Source of the DNA: a virus
Reading direction: 5' to 3' (one strand)
DNA: 64,000 nt
IMG/VR virus record: IMGVR_UViG_3300044492_000179
The notes beneath the pieces are model-generated. The model was not told the DNA's origin and searched no databases. It worked only from the letters and a program-made list of their open reading frames with translations. The position numbers and the translations under genes were made by a program. Shown in pieces: positions 35,567 through 44,590 of this stretch; position 1 is the stretch's first letter, and each line of letters opens with the position of its first letter.

Positions 35567-37606
35567 TCAGGCTCCGAGATAGCTCGATCTGATGATGCGT
35601 CTAGCCCTTCGACCGCGCTGTAATGGTGGCGGGACGGGTGGCGGATCAGGAGCGGTTGTCGCTACCTCGGATGGGGTTGCTGGCTGCCTGCCACCGGCAT
35701 CCTTAGTGCCATTGTCAAGCTTTTGCAATGGTATGCGCTGCACGTTGAGCAAATAGCCAGCCGCCGCCTGCTGGGCCTCCACGTCAAAAAAATGATTATC
35801 CCTCGACCGCTGCACCCACTCCACGCGCCCGGTTGGACGCTTCAGCCGCGCCTCAGATACGAGCTGATGGCAGTAGTCGTCATCCACGCCCTTGAACACG
35901 TGCCAGCCGCCGACATGATCTTCCGGCCAGCGCAGCCGCTCGTGCACCCAGCTTTTCCAGTGGTCGGTATCGAGCCGCACGAGGTCGAGACCGTACTTCG
36001 CAGCGCGGCCATCCTTGCGGTTGACCTCGATCTTGCTGATGAGCAACGGCGTGCGCATGGGCGACGACGAGCCCTTTGTCGGCCGCACCCTGCGCGGGAA
36101 CCGGCGGCAGAACTCATAGACTCGATTGAGCGGCAATGTGTCGGTCTTACCAGGGCGGAAACCACTATCGATGAAGGCAAGCCGGATTGCCATGCCGTCG
36201 ATCGGCTGCACGACAAGGTCGCCCAGCGCATTCCAAATATCCTCCTCGGTGGTGTCGCCGCGCAGGTAACCGTAGTTGATCAGCCACGAGCTGGCGCGTG
36301 CACCCCAGCCCCTGACGGCCCACGGGATCGAATGCCGTTGCACGTCGCAGGCCAGCGTCAGATAGAGCACGTCCTCTGGCACCTCGCCGCGCTTGTAGGT
36401 GGCCTTCGCGGACTTTTCCTTGATCTCCATCCATTCGGGGACTTCGCCGCCGCCCGGCGAATAGAGCTCGCCGAAGCCGGCGTTGAAAGCCTGCTGCACC
36501 ATGGCGTCGTCGCCGGACTGCTGCGCCTCGACCCGCACCGCCACGCGCTCACCGATGGTGACAAACGGCGAGGCCAGGCCCGAGCACCAGTACGACGCAG
36601 ACTTGGTATCAGGCGGCTTGCCCTCGACATTGCCGTCTTTGTCGACGGTCTGCCCTGGGGCGACATAGCGCCCGCGCTCGTTCATCTCGGCCTTGTGAGC
36701 CTCCACGATCACGCCATGGCACGAGGGGCATTCCAAGAATGTTTCACGTGACGCCTGCAGCGGGGTTGCCTTCAGCGGAAACTTCAACAAGTCGGATCGC
36801 GGCACGAAATATTCGCCACAGTGTGGGCACGGCCAGCACCAGTGATGCCGCGTGCCTTGCTGCCAGAGCTGCCAGACCGGGCTGTCGATGTCCTCGACAT
36901 CCACCGGGTCCCAGAAGAACAGGCCCGACGCCGCGTCCTGGACGGCCGCCACCCGCCCGCGCTTCGGCGTTGACGTCACCACGCAAACAAAGTCGGCATA
37001 GGTATCGCCGCGCCGTTCGACCAATCCCAGCGGGCCGCCCTGCTCATTCACGTTGTCGCGCATCTCGTCGTATTCATCGACCAGCGCCAGCACGGCAGGA
37101 TCGGACTTGAGCGCAGCAGACGACCCCGAATGCGCCAAACGGAATGGCACCCCAGCTACGACCTTGCGAGTCTTGGTCATGCGCTTGCCGCGGCCCACCT
37201 TCTCGACCAGCGTCGGCGCCCCATCCAGCAACGCCATCACGCGCGGCTCGAACTGCTCGGACAAGAATTGCTTGTTGGGCCCGACGTACAAGATCGGGCC
37301 GGGACGCTGATCGAGCCGCTGGCCAGCCACGTCTAAGAGACATTCGGTTTTTCCAACCTGCGATCCGAACACCAGCACGACGCGCTTGTACTGGCCCGAC
37401 GCAATCACGCGCTCGGGCTCGATGATGTACGGCGTCAGATACGGATCACGCGGTCCCGGCACTCCCGATGTCTGCGGATGCGTCCGGTTGAGCACCGCCC
37501 AGCGATCCGGCTCCATCGGACGCGAAGGACGAGCCAGCAGCGCGACGCGCTCCCAGAGCTTTCGTTCTTTCGGTGGCAACATCGGCGATTGCATTAAGGA
37601 TGTCAT
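35567..37606 (-). CDS. Terminase large subunit (lambda gpA family); start may be 37582
   Basis: Walker A GSQVGKT, Walker B LVDEYD, STP, WPCPHCG, LACDVQ, HFFDVE. Confidence 0.95.
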   Translation of the reverse strand: MTSLMQSPMLPPKERKLWERVALLARPSRPMEPDRWAVLNRTHPQTSGVPGPRDPYLTPYIIEPERVIASGQYKRVVLVFGSQVGKTECLLDVAGQRLDQRPGPILYVGPNKQFLSEQFEPRVMALLDGAPTLVEKVGRGKRMTKTRKVVAGVPFRLAHSGSSAALKSDPAVLALVDEYDEMRDNVNEQGGPLGLVERRGDTYADFVCVVTSTPKRGRVAAVQDAASGLFFWDPVDVEDIDSPVWQLWQQGTRHHWCWPCPHCGEYFVPRSDLLKFPLKATPLQASRETFLECPSCHGVIVEAHKAEMNERGRYVAPGQTVDKDGNVEGKPPDTKSASYWCSGLASPFVTIGERVAVRVEAQQSGDDAMVQQAFNAGFGELYSPGGGEVPEWMEIKEKSAKATYKRGEVPEDVLYLTLACDVQRHSIPWAVRGWGARASSWLINYGYLRGDTTEEDIWNALGDLVVQPIDGMAIRLAFIDSGFRPGKTDTLPLNRVYEFCRRFPRRVRPTKGSSSPMRTPLLISKIEVNRKDGRAAKYGLDLVRLDTDHWKSWVHERLRWPEDHVGGWHVFKGVDDDYCHQLVSEARLKRPTGRVEWVQRSRDNHFFDVEAQQAAAGYLLNVQRIPLQKLDNGTKDAGGRQPATPSEVATTAPDPPPVPPPLQRGRRARRIIRSSYLGA

Positions 37607-38060
37607 TCAAAGCCGTTTCGATGGTGCGGCGGAATTGCAAATCACGGGTAACGCGCGCCGGCAAACCAGATAACTGCGAACGCAGCAAACCCATGAGCTC
37701 CTCTATCACCGCGAGTACTTCTTCCAAATCAATCAAACGCCCCTCGCGTTGCGCGTTCTTCAATTCGACCTCGCGCGAGCGCGCGTCCTGAATGCGCGAG
37801 TGCGCCGCCATCTTGCTGGTGCGCCGGTCCTCGTCGTCGCGAAAGCGGATATAGCCCTGCACTACGTCGAGCAGCCGGTAGCGACGATCCGACGGCGTGC
37901 CCGCCTGCGCGATCCACCCGCCCTTGGCAAGCTGTCTGATCCGCTCGGGCCCTTTCATGATCAGCTTGGCAGCCTGCTCGGTGTTGAACAACGGGCCCCT
38001 GGGATGGCTGGCGCCGCCATCGTTGGCTTGATCCGCGCCAAGGGTTCGGTCTTCGGCCAT
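37446..38060 (-). CDS. Terminase small subunit (Nu1-like)
   Basis: N-terminal HTH-like EQAAKLIMKGPERIRQL, YRLLDVVQGYIRF, coiled coil; directly upstream of the large subunit. Confidence 0.75.
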   Translation of the reverse strand: MAEDRTLGADQANDGGASHPRGPLFNTEQAAKLIMKGPERIRQLAKGGWIAQAGTPSDRRYRLLDVVQGYIRFRDDEDRRTSKMAAHSRIQDARSREVELKNAQREGRLIDLEEVLAVIEELMGLLRSQLSGLPARVTRDLQFRRTIETALNDILNAIADVATERTKALGARRAAGSSFASDGAGSLGGAQPDASADIGSAGTA

Positions 38061-38165
38061 ATCGCGCCTCGCTGTTTGATGATGATCGACGCCGCCTGAT
38101 ATCAATCGCAATGAAATTGCTCACAAACAACTGGATGTCCGCGGGCACAGGGGCATCAACGGGCA

Positions 38166-38221
38166 TCGTCCATTGATATGTATCGCCACGACGATCCGTG
38201 GCGATACATATCAATGGACGA
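38166..38221. repeat. Perfect 25-bp inverted repeat with 6-nt spacer
   Basis: TCGTCCATTGATATGTATCGCCACG-ACGATC-CGTGGCGATACATATCAATGGACGA; arms are exact reverse complements. Confidence 0.95.
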
Positions 38222-38270
38222 CCTCGCAGCATGCGCCAACTGGTGACGGCACCGAAACAGAGGTGCCGTC

Positions 38271-38460
38271 ATGTCAAGTAAAGCCACCAAAGAGACCGCC
38301 GATACTGCCAACCTGTTGTGGGGCGCGAGGGCCATTGCCGATTATGCCGGGCTGCCAGTGAGCAAGCTGTATCACCTGCTTAAGATCGGCGCGCTCGACG
38401 GGGTTGTTACAAAGTTGTCGCACAAGGTGATCGTCGCCAGGAAAAGCGACGTGGCGCTGC
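38271..38460 (+). pseudogene. Excisionase-like HTH fragment
   Basis: LLWGARAIADYAGLPVSKLYHLLKIG pattern; sequence loses coherence after about 38455. Confidence 0.45.
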
Positions 38461-38854
38461 TGCCGCAGCGCGGCCGCCTGCGGTACCGGACTCTGCCGTG
38501 CGAGCCGGCGCCGCCGCTCAATCGAGGCCTGCCGATCCCCCCGGCGTCGGCCGGTGTGTCGCCGTCGACATGCGCGGCGCGAAAGCCGCGATCGGTGAAG
38601 CGCTCGGCGACGAGCTGAGAGTGTCTGTAGTCGTGCGGGCGATCGCCGCGGGCACTAAGAAAAACTGAAAACCCCGCGCCGCGCCCCAAGCCCCGCCAGG
38701 ATCGGCGGGATTTTTCTTGAAGTGCTTCAGCTCCCAGCCTGACGATTCAGCGCTGCTGCTGACATGGCGGTGCCTTTCCAAGGGATACTGGCTTGCGGTG
38801 ACAACGCGGCTCCCTTGGGAGACGCTGTAGGCGACTGCAAAATAAATACGGATT

Positions 38855-38872
38855 AATAGCGTATCTGCTATT
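38855..38872. promoter_or_regulatory. Operator-like palindrome AATAG-N8-CTATT overlapping a -35 box
   Basis: AATAG cgtatctg CTATT; same geometry at 51192-51213 and 58446-58466. Confidence 0.6.
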
Positions 38873-38899
38873 TACAGGTTAGGCCTGTACCGCTATATT
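38871..38899 (+). promoter_or_regulatory. Sigma70-type promoter
   Basis: TTTACA (38871-38876), 17-nt spacer, TATATT (38894-38899) in an AT-rich patch upstream of a plus-strand gene cluster. Confidence 0.65.
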
Positions 38900-39082
38900 A
38901 CGACTATCAGCAACGGGGCAGCGCCCCACTTCCCTCGGGAGACGATCCGATGACCAGCCTGATGACTAACGCCGCCATCATCCTCGACAACATCGGCGGC
39001 AACGACGCCGAAGTGCAAATGACCGCGTGCATGTGGATGGCCAAGGCCATCGCCTGGATTTTAACCTGAGGAGGATGAATCG

Positions 39083-39385
39083 GTGACCGAAATTCTGTTC
39101 GACCGCCTTGCTTATATGGATCGCCTTAAACGGGCTGGCATCAATGAGGATCACGCCCGCGCTCATGCCGAAGCAATGGACGAAGCCTTACGGGAAAGCG
39201 TGGCGACTAGGCACGATGTCGCTGCGGTGCGGATCGAAATCACTGCGGTCAAGGCCGATCTTGCTCTGCTGGGAATCTCGTTACGGCACGAGATAGCCTT
39301 GGCAGTCCGCGACATGACGATCCGCACGGGGCTGATGTCGGTAGCCGTGGTGACGATCCTCGCCAGCCTCAAGTTTTTCGTATGA
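39083..39385 (+). CDS. DUF1640/CCDC90-like coiled-coil membrane protein
   Basis: FDRLAYMDRLKRAG....ARAHAEA...VAT..D, coiled coil, C-terminal TM; RBS GAGGAG. Confidence 0.8.
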   Translation: MTEILFDRLAYMDRLKRAGINEDHARAHAEAMDEALRESVATRHDVAAVRIEITAVKADLALLGISLRHEIALAVRDMTIRTGLMSVAVVTILASLKFFV

Positions 39386-39624
39386 CCGGCGATCAAATCC
39401 GCAAAGCTCGTAAAACTCTTGGCGACATGTGGGGCCTCGACAGGCCGCTACGTGCCGCCGAGGTTGGTCGCCTCCTGCGTCTCAAAGGCCGCGATCCGGG
39501 TGCCACCGTATTGGACTGGGAGACGGGCAAGACCCCGGTGACCGGTCCCGTCTCGGTCGCCATCGAGATGATGCTCGCGGGCGCCAAGCCGCCCACCTTC
39601 AACGACGAGTTCGAACAGACGTGA
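39382..39624 (+). CDS. XRE-like HTH protein
   Basis: MTGDQIRKAR..LG...TVLDWETGKTPV.GPV. Confidence 0.7.
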   Translation: MTGDQIRKARKTLGDMWGLDRPLRAAEVGRLLRLKGRDPGATVLDWETGKTPVTGPVSVAIEMMLAGAKPPTFNDEFEQT

Positions 39625-39731
39625 TTGGCGCCGAAGCGCAAATCTTTGGCACGGAAGCGTAAGTCGGTTGGCGGGCCAGCCGGCTACTTAACAACCGGAA
39701 CCATTAACCCCACAACCATTGGAGCACGCTA

Positions 39732-40424
39732 ATGACCCCCAACAATGCCCGCTTCGCCAAGTTCGTCGGCTATCCCATGTTGGGGCTGACCCTGCTTGCA
39801 TTTGCCCACGCTGCAACAACTCCAGACAAGCCGCGCGCCGCACCCATCGTACCTGCCAAGCAACTCGCCGCAATGGTGGGTGGCGTCAAGGCAGATTACA
39901 TCATCATCGCCAAGGACAAGGAAGCATTTGTCTTGGGCTGCGCCATTCTTAACGAAGACGCACTGAGCACCGGCAAGGCAACAGGACGAATTTTCGACCC
40001 CAGTGATTCTGACCATTGTCGTGGCATCGCCGTTGGCACCGCCGTTCTTTCGCAGAAACGCTTCCGCAACGCGGTCTGTGTGCTGCCAGAGGAGGCTTCA
40101 CCGGCATGCGTCTGGGTGTTGGACGACGAACTTAAACCGGTGCAGGCTACCGCAGTACCCGCCGCGGCGACCACGCGCCCGGTGGCCAGGCCAGCACCTG
40201 CCGCGCGCGAGACTGACGAGCAACGCACCGCCAGAGCTGTTGCGACCTGGATTGCCTACGACAACGAGTGCGCAAGGCTTCCTGATCAGGTCAAGGCCGA
40301 CATTGGTGATGTGATCGGCACTATCTCGCGGCCTGCCATGAAAGCAGCAACCGACGAGGTTGTCCGCCGCGTGGCTGTTGAGGGCAACGCCCGCTTCTGC
40401 GCGGCCCTTCGGTTTGGGTTCTGA
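39732..40424 (+). CDS. Secreted or membrane-anchored hypothetical protein
   Basis: Signal-like GYPMLGLTLLAFAHAA; two Cys-containing subdomains separated by an Ala/Pro linker. Confidence 0.6.
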   Translation: MTPNNARFAKFVGYPMLGLTLLAFAHAATTPDKPRAAPIVPAKQLAAMVGGVKADYIIIAKDKEAFVLGCAILNEDALSTGKATGRIFDPSDSDHCRGIAVGTAVLSQKRFRNAVCVLPEEASPACVWVLDDELKPVQATAVPAAATTRPVARPAPAARETDEQRTARAVATWIAYDNECARLPDQVKADIGDVIGTISRPAMKAATDEVVRRVAVEGNARFCAALRFGF

Positions 40425-40552
40425 CAAATCAGAACGGTCAAGTCGAGGTTTGCGATCATCGCGCGGCGATGGCAGATACCCGGTCGGCACAATCCGGCAC
40501 CCGGTGCGTTGTCCGTTGTTCGCAATCCATCCCAACACAAGGGAAAACGCAC

Positions 40553-40723
40553 ATGGCTCAACAATATCAAGGCAAACCCATCCATAGCCAACGCGAAGCT
40601 CGCGACGGCGACCCAGGCTTCACCAAAGGCTCCGATCAGGTCACGATCACGCTGGAAGATGGCTCCGAGAAGACCGTCAAGCGCAGCGAAGTCACCGGCC
40701 AGCAAGGCCAGCAACAGAAATAA
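40553..40723 (+). CDS. Small hydrophilic protein
   Basis: MAQQYQGKPI...DQVTITLEDGSEKTVKRSEV; 56 aa. Confidence 0.55.
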   Translation: MAQQYQGKPIHSQREARDGDPGFTKGSDQVTITLEDGSEKTVKRSEVTGQQGQQQK

Positions 40724-40782
40724 TCTCGGTGGCCGGCTGGGGCGGCAGACTGGCAGGCTTGCCCGCCCCGGCTTCACGGCAA

Positions 40783-41592
40783 TCAGGCGCTGGCGCGCTC
40801 GGACAAAGACTTGGCCTCGCCAGACTCGCGATCCTGCTTGACGGCGGCAAAGGTCTGCCCGCTCGCCTCGGACCGCGGTGCGGCCAGTGACATTCTGCCA
40901 ACGCAGCACAGCCACATCGACATAGGCGGAATGATCGTGGTGCCAGAGCCGACGAACGGATCGTATACGCCGTCCCCCGGCTTCGAGTTGTTCTCAATCG
41001 GGCGCTTCATGCACTCGACAGGCTTCTGCGTGCCGTGGCCGGTTTCCGATTTCACCGGCTTGTCGATTTGCCAGAGCGTCGATTGTGTCCGGTCGCCTTG
41101 CCAGTGCGCCGTCTTGCTTTTGCGCACAGCGTACCAACACGGCTCATGCTGGACGTGATAATTTCCACGACCGATGGGGAACTGCTGCTTGGCCCAGATG
41201 ATCTGCATCCGAACCTCAAAGCCTGCGGCGACTAACGCCGCGTGATGGGCAACCTGCATGGCACCCGGCGGGTGCCATGCATACGCGACATCGCCGGGAA
41301 ACAAGGCCCATGCTTCGCGCCAGTCGCTGCGGTCGTCATTCAACACCAGCCCTATGGCGCGACCGCCATAGGGCTTACCGTTTGCACGGTCAGCCCGATT
41401 GCGCCAGTCGGGGTCATAGTCCACCCCATACGGCGGGTCGGTCACCATCAGGTGCGGCTTGGCACCGCCGAGCACCTTGGCGACGTCGTCGGCATTGGTC
41501 GCGTCACCGCACAGCAGCCGGTGGCCACTTTGAGGCTCGGCCTGAAATTCGGTGCCGCAATGCTCGCATGTGCATGCGAACGTCATGCGCAT
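40783..41592 (-). pseudogene. Beta-class DNA methyltransferase (DPPY) with apparent internal deletion/frameshift near 3' end
   Basis: HRLLCGDAT, VTDPPY, HGTQKPVECM, DPFVGSGTT. The expected AAE.TGR.C...E segment is missing and SAYVDVAVLRWQNVTG continues in another frame. Confidence 0.75.
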
Positions 41593-42587
41593 TCCTCCGA
41601 TCTAACTAGATCCGAGAAGATGTACCCGTCGGCATGTACGGCAATGCGGCCGCTTTGCTGCTGCCACCGTTGGATTATTACATCGACATAACCCGGCGAA
41701 ATCTCGCAGCCCATACCACGCCGCCCGGTTCGCTCGGCAGCAATGATGGTTGAACCGCTCCCGCAAAACGGATCGAACACAGTGTCGTTAGGGTCGGTGA
41801 ACGCATTGCAAAAGAATTCCGGCAGGCCAACCGGGAACGCAGCCGCATGTCCGGTCGCATCATGCGATGCGGTGAATGTCGGGAGGCGATTGCCGGGATA
41901 AGCGAGGCCGGGACCGATATATTCCCCAGGAGCCGCGGACGACCCCTGCTTGTCGGCCATACGCGCCGGCGTCCCGTGATGACGGCGCTTAGCGGCCCCG
42001 AATATTTCGACATTACCGCCTTGTTCGGTGGCCCCTGATGTATTTCCAACACCCGGTCCACCAGCGCGCGGCGCGTTTTCGCTTTCGTGGCGGACAGCAT
42101 CGGGCCGCATCTTCCATCGGCCGCGAGCAAACTGATAGATCGGCTCGAACTGGTTCTTGAACCGCTGCGTGACGCCTTTCGGCACGCCGTAACGTTCCCA
42201 GCAGAATTCGGTCGCAAAATGCCAACCCCAATGACGCACGTGAGCTATGACCAAATCCATCACGTAGAGCGACGTGTCGAGCCCGTCGACGCTTGGCTTG
42301 ATGTTGACGAACCACGACCCATCGGCGGCGATGTGGCTCGCCACGTTCCCAGCGACCGGCTTGAACCACTCGACGTAAGCGTCGGGAGGGACCGGACGAA
42401 ACGTCGTAGTCGCATCGTATTCGCGCTGCTCGGCGTAGGGCGGTGATGTGAATGCCAAATTGATCTCCGCTCCATCGACCAGACGATCAACGTCGGCGGG
42501 ACTGCGGCTATCGCCGCACAACACCCGGTGCCCGCCCTGCGGCGTGGCGGAGAATTCATGCTGGCAGTGTTCACACCGGCACTTCAT
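41583..42587 (-). CDS. Beta-class N4C/N6A DNA methyltransferase (SPPY)
   Basis: HRVLCGDSR, FTSPPY, HAAAFPVGL, DPFCGSGST, GCEISPGYVDVIIQRW; ATG overlaps the ParB stop. Confidence 0.9.
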   Translation of the reverse strand: MKCRCEHCQHEFSATPQGGHRVLCGDSRSPADVDRLVDGAEINLAFTSPPYAEQREYDATTTFRPVPPDAYVEWFKPVAGNVASHIAADGSWFVNIKPSVDGLDTSLYVMDLVIAHVRHWGWHFATEFCWERYGVPKGVTQRFKNQFEPIYQFARGRWKMRPDAVRHESENAPRAGGPGVGNTSGATEQGGNVEIFGAAKRRHHGTPARMADKQGSSAAPGEYIGPGLAYPGNRLPTFTASHDATGHAAAFPVGLPEFFCNAFTDPNDTVFDPFCGSGSTIIAAERTGRRGMGCEISPGYVDVIIQRWQQQSGRIAVHADGYIFSDLVRSEECA

Positions 42588-43201
42588 TTGCGGACCGCGC
42601 GTTCGAGTGGCATGGACTTCTTGCACTTCGGGCATTGCACCGTGGCACCGAGCAGCCATAGATCACCGGTGCGCGAGACCGGCACCGCCGGCGGCTCCGG
42701 CACGTCGTCGGGATCGGCCTGCGGATCGAGATTGACATTGAGCAGCCCTGCCAGCTCGGCATCGTCAAACCCGATCTTCGAAAGGTCGAACCCGAACTCC
42801 CGCAGGTCGACCAACTCCATGCGCAGAACCGCCTCGTCCCATCCAGCGTTGAGCCCGATCTGGTTGTCGGCGATGACATACGCCCGCCGCTGCGCCTCCG
42901 TCCAACCGCGCGCCACGACGACCGGCACTTGGCCGGGCGGAACGTCGGCGCCGCTCGCCATTCGGATCGTCTCGCCGGCCCCATAGATCGCCGCGGCCGC
43001 CAGCACCCGGCCGTGCCCCGCGATGATTTCACCGTCGACTGCCCCCTCGCAGCCCACGGCAATCAACACCGGAACCGTCCAACCCCACTCCCGCATCGAG
43101 GCGGCGATCTCCAAGACCTGCTCGTCCGAATGGGTGCGCGCGTTTCTGGCGTAAGCGGTCAGCCCCGCCACTTCCCGAAAGCTTACCGCCGCGCGTGCCA
43201 T
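42584..43201 (-). CDS. ParB/Srx-like N-terminal module of a split ParB-methyltransferase
   Basis: YARNARTHSDEQV..IAASMREWGW..PVL, IIAGHGRVLAA, AYVIADN, GWDEAVL, ends GDLWLLG...CPKC. Confidence 0.85.
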   Translation of the reverse strand: MARAAVSFREVAGLTAYARNARTHSDEQVLEIAASMREWGWTVPVLIAVGCEGAVDGEIIAGHGRVLAAAAIYGAGETIRMASGADVPPGQVPVVVARGWTEAQRRAYVIADNQIGLNAGWDEAVLRMELVDLREFGFDLSKIGFDDAELAGLLNVNLDPQADPDDVPEPPAVPVSRTGDLWLLGATVQCPKCKKSMPLERAVRK

Positions 43202-43467
43202 GACTCTTCCTCCCTCTTAAGGTGTAAACGCCGCCAGCCTGCCTACTGGCCTCCTGTGCTCTATTTTTAGGGGGGGAGCCACTGGGGTAGCGCCCCCTCG
43301 CCAAAACGCGCCCTGGGCCGCCCCACGCCCGCCCTGTGGCCATTCCACAGCCCAAACCAAACGGGAAAAATTCTGTACCAGAAATGTTGAAAGGGCGGGG
43401 TCGCGCGGTCCCCGCCTTGGCCCTGAGCCCGGTAGTACCTTTTTTGCTGCACGATCCAGGACCAATC

Positions 43468-44058
43468 TCATCGCGCGGTCTCCATCGCCTTCTTCACGGC
43501 CAATGGGATGGTCCTGCGCAGCTCCCGGTCCATCGACTCGGCGAAGTCTTCGTAGAACGGCACACGCTTTGGGATCTTGGTCGATGGCTTGAGCGAGTAC
43601 AGCAACCGGAGCCTGCCCTTGCCGTCCCTGGTGTACAGCATGTCCCGTATCTTGAATGCTTTTGTGGCGAGGTTCTTGGGGCGCAGTCTTGATGGCACGC
43701 CGCGCGAGGTGCGCTGGATCGTGCTGACCGGGACCGCAAGATGTCCACCTCCCTTTGGGGTTCTGGTTCCACCCTTTGCCTGCTTTTGCAGGTTCCCGCG
43801 ATCGAGCTTGTCGTAGATCTCGACCGACAGCGAGGTCTTGCTGGCGCGCGCGTCCTTGGTCGTCAGCGACGCTGCGATGAACGATGCGTTGCGCTGAACG
43901 ACGTGGGTCGGCCATGTGCTTTTGATCAGGAGGTTGCGGGTGACGTCGGCGGAGCGGTTGAGCGCAAGCGCCAAGGCAAAAGGTATCTGGTCGACGCGCG
44001 CGTTGAGCGACTGCGCGTACCGCTCAAGCTCGGCATAGTCGAACTCGATCTTGATCAT
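43468..44058 (-). CDS. Phage morphogenesis protein (minor tail protein Z-like)
   Basis: DQIPFALALALNRSA, GGTRTPK..HLAVP, VPFYE; typical position upstream of packaging genes. Confidence 0.6.
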   Translation of the reverse strand: MIKIEFDYAELERYAQSLNARVDQIPFALALALNRSADVTRNLLIKSTWPTHVVQRNASFIAASLTTKDARASKTSLSVEIYDKLDRGNLQKQAKGGTRTPKGGGHLAVPVSTIQRTSRGVPSRLRPKNLATKAFKIRDMLYTRDGKGRLRLLYSLKPSTKIPKRVPFYEDFAESMDRELRRTIPLAVKKAMETAR

Positions 44059-44450
44059 TGTGGTGTTCCGGGTTGTGTTTCACTGGCGAGCCTCACGAGC
44101 TTGACGATGTAGCCTTGCCACGCCGGCGACAGCCGGGGAAATGCCGCGGCGATCTCCAGCCCTTCACGACTGGACAGAAACTTGGTCATGACGGGGTCGG
44201 CCTGTGCGCGCACGTCGGTGATGTCGGGCAGGAAGAACGTCACCGGCCGATTGAGCGCGGTGACCAGCAGGTTGATGCGACCGCCGTTCACACGATTGGC
44301 GCCAGCCTCGTATTTCTGGACTTGCTGATATGAGATGCCGAGCAGTTGGGCGAGTTCATGCTGCGACATTTTTACGGCAAGCCTCGCCTCACGGATTCTT
44401 TCACCGAAGTAACGATCGGCGTGTGTCGATGCTTTGGAATTGTTTTTCAT
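44055..44450 (-). CDS. XRE-family HTH regulator
   Basis: GERIREARLAVKMSQHELAQLLGISYQQVQKYEAGANRV. Confidence 0.9.
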   Translation of the reverse strand: MKNNSKASTHADRYFGERIREARLAVKMSQHELAQLLGISYQQVQKYEAGANRVNGGRINLLVTALNRPVTFFLPDITDVRAQADPVMTKFLSSREGLEIAAAFPRLSPAWQGYIVKLVRLASETQPGTPQ

Positions 44451-44590
44451 CGGCTCACCAGCATTGAAACGAGCAGGCCACCCAGCACGATGACATTGAG
44501 ACCCATGCACATGAGGGCGAGCAGCACCAAGTCGTGGTCCCGCTGCCGGTATCGCTGCCACTGACGTCGCACGTCATCATCGTAATTCAT
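44447..44590 (-). CDS. Small single-TM protein
   Basis: Hand translation MNYDDDVRRQWQRYRQRDHDLVLLALMCMGLNVIVLGGLLVSMLVSR; stop overlaps the next ATG. Confidence 0.5.
   Translation of the reverse strand: MNYDDDVRRQWQRYRQRDHDLVLLALMCMGLNVIVLGGLLVSMLVSR

Noticed and set aside
38166-38221. Protelomerase (telRL-type) site
   Set aside because: Length is similar but the centre is not palindromic and no protelomerase gene is present; the phage has an integrase instead.
43300-43470. cos site upstream of the ParB-MTase genes
   Set aside because: Position and GC-rich inverted elements are suggestive, but no cohesive-end sequence can be identified from sequence alone; needs terminus mapping.
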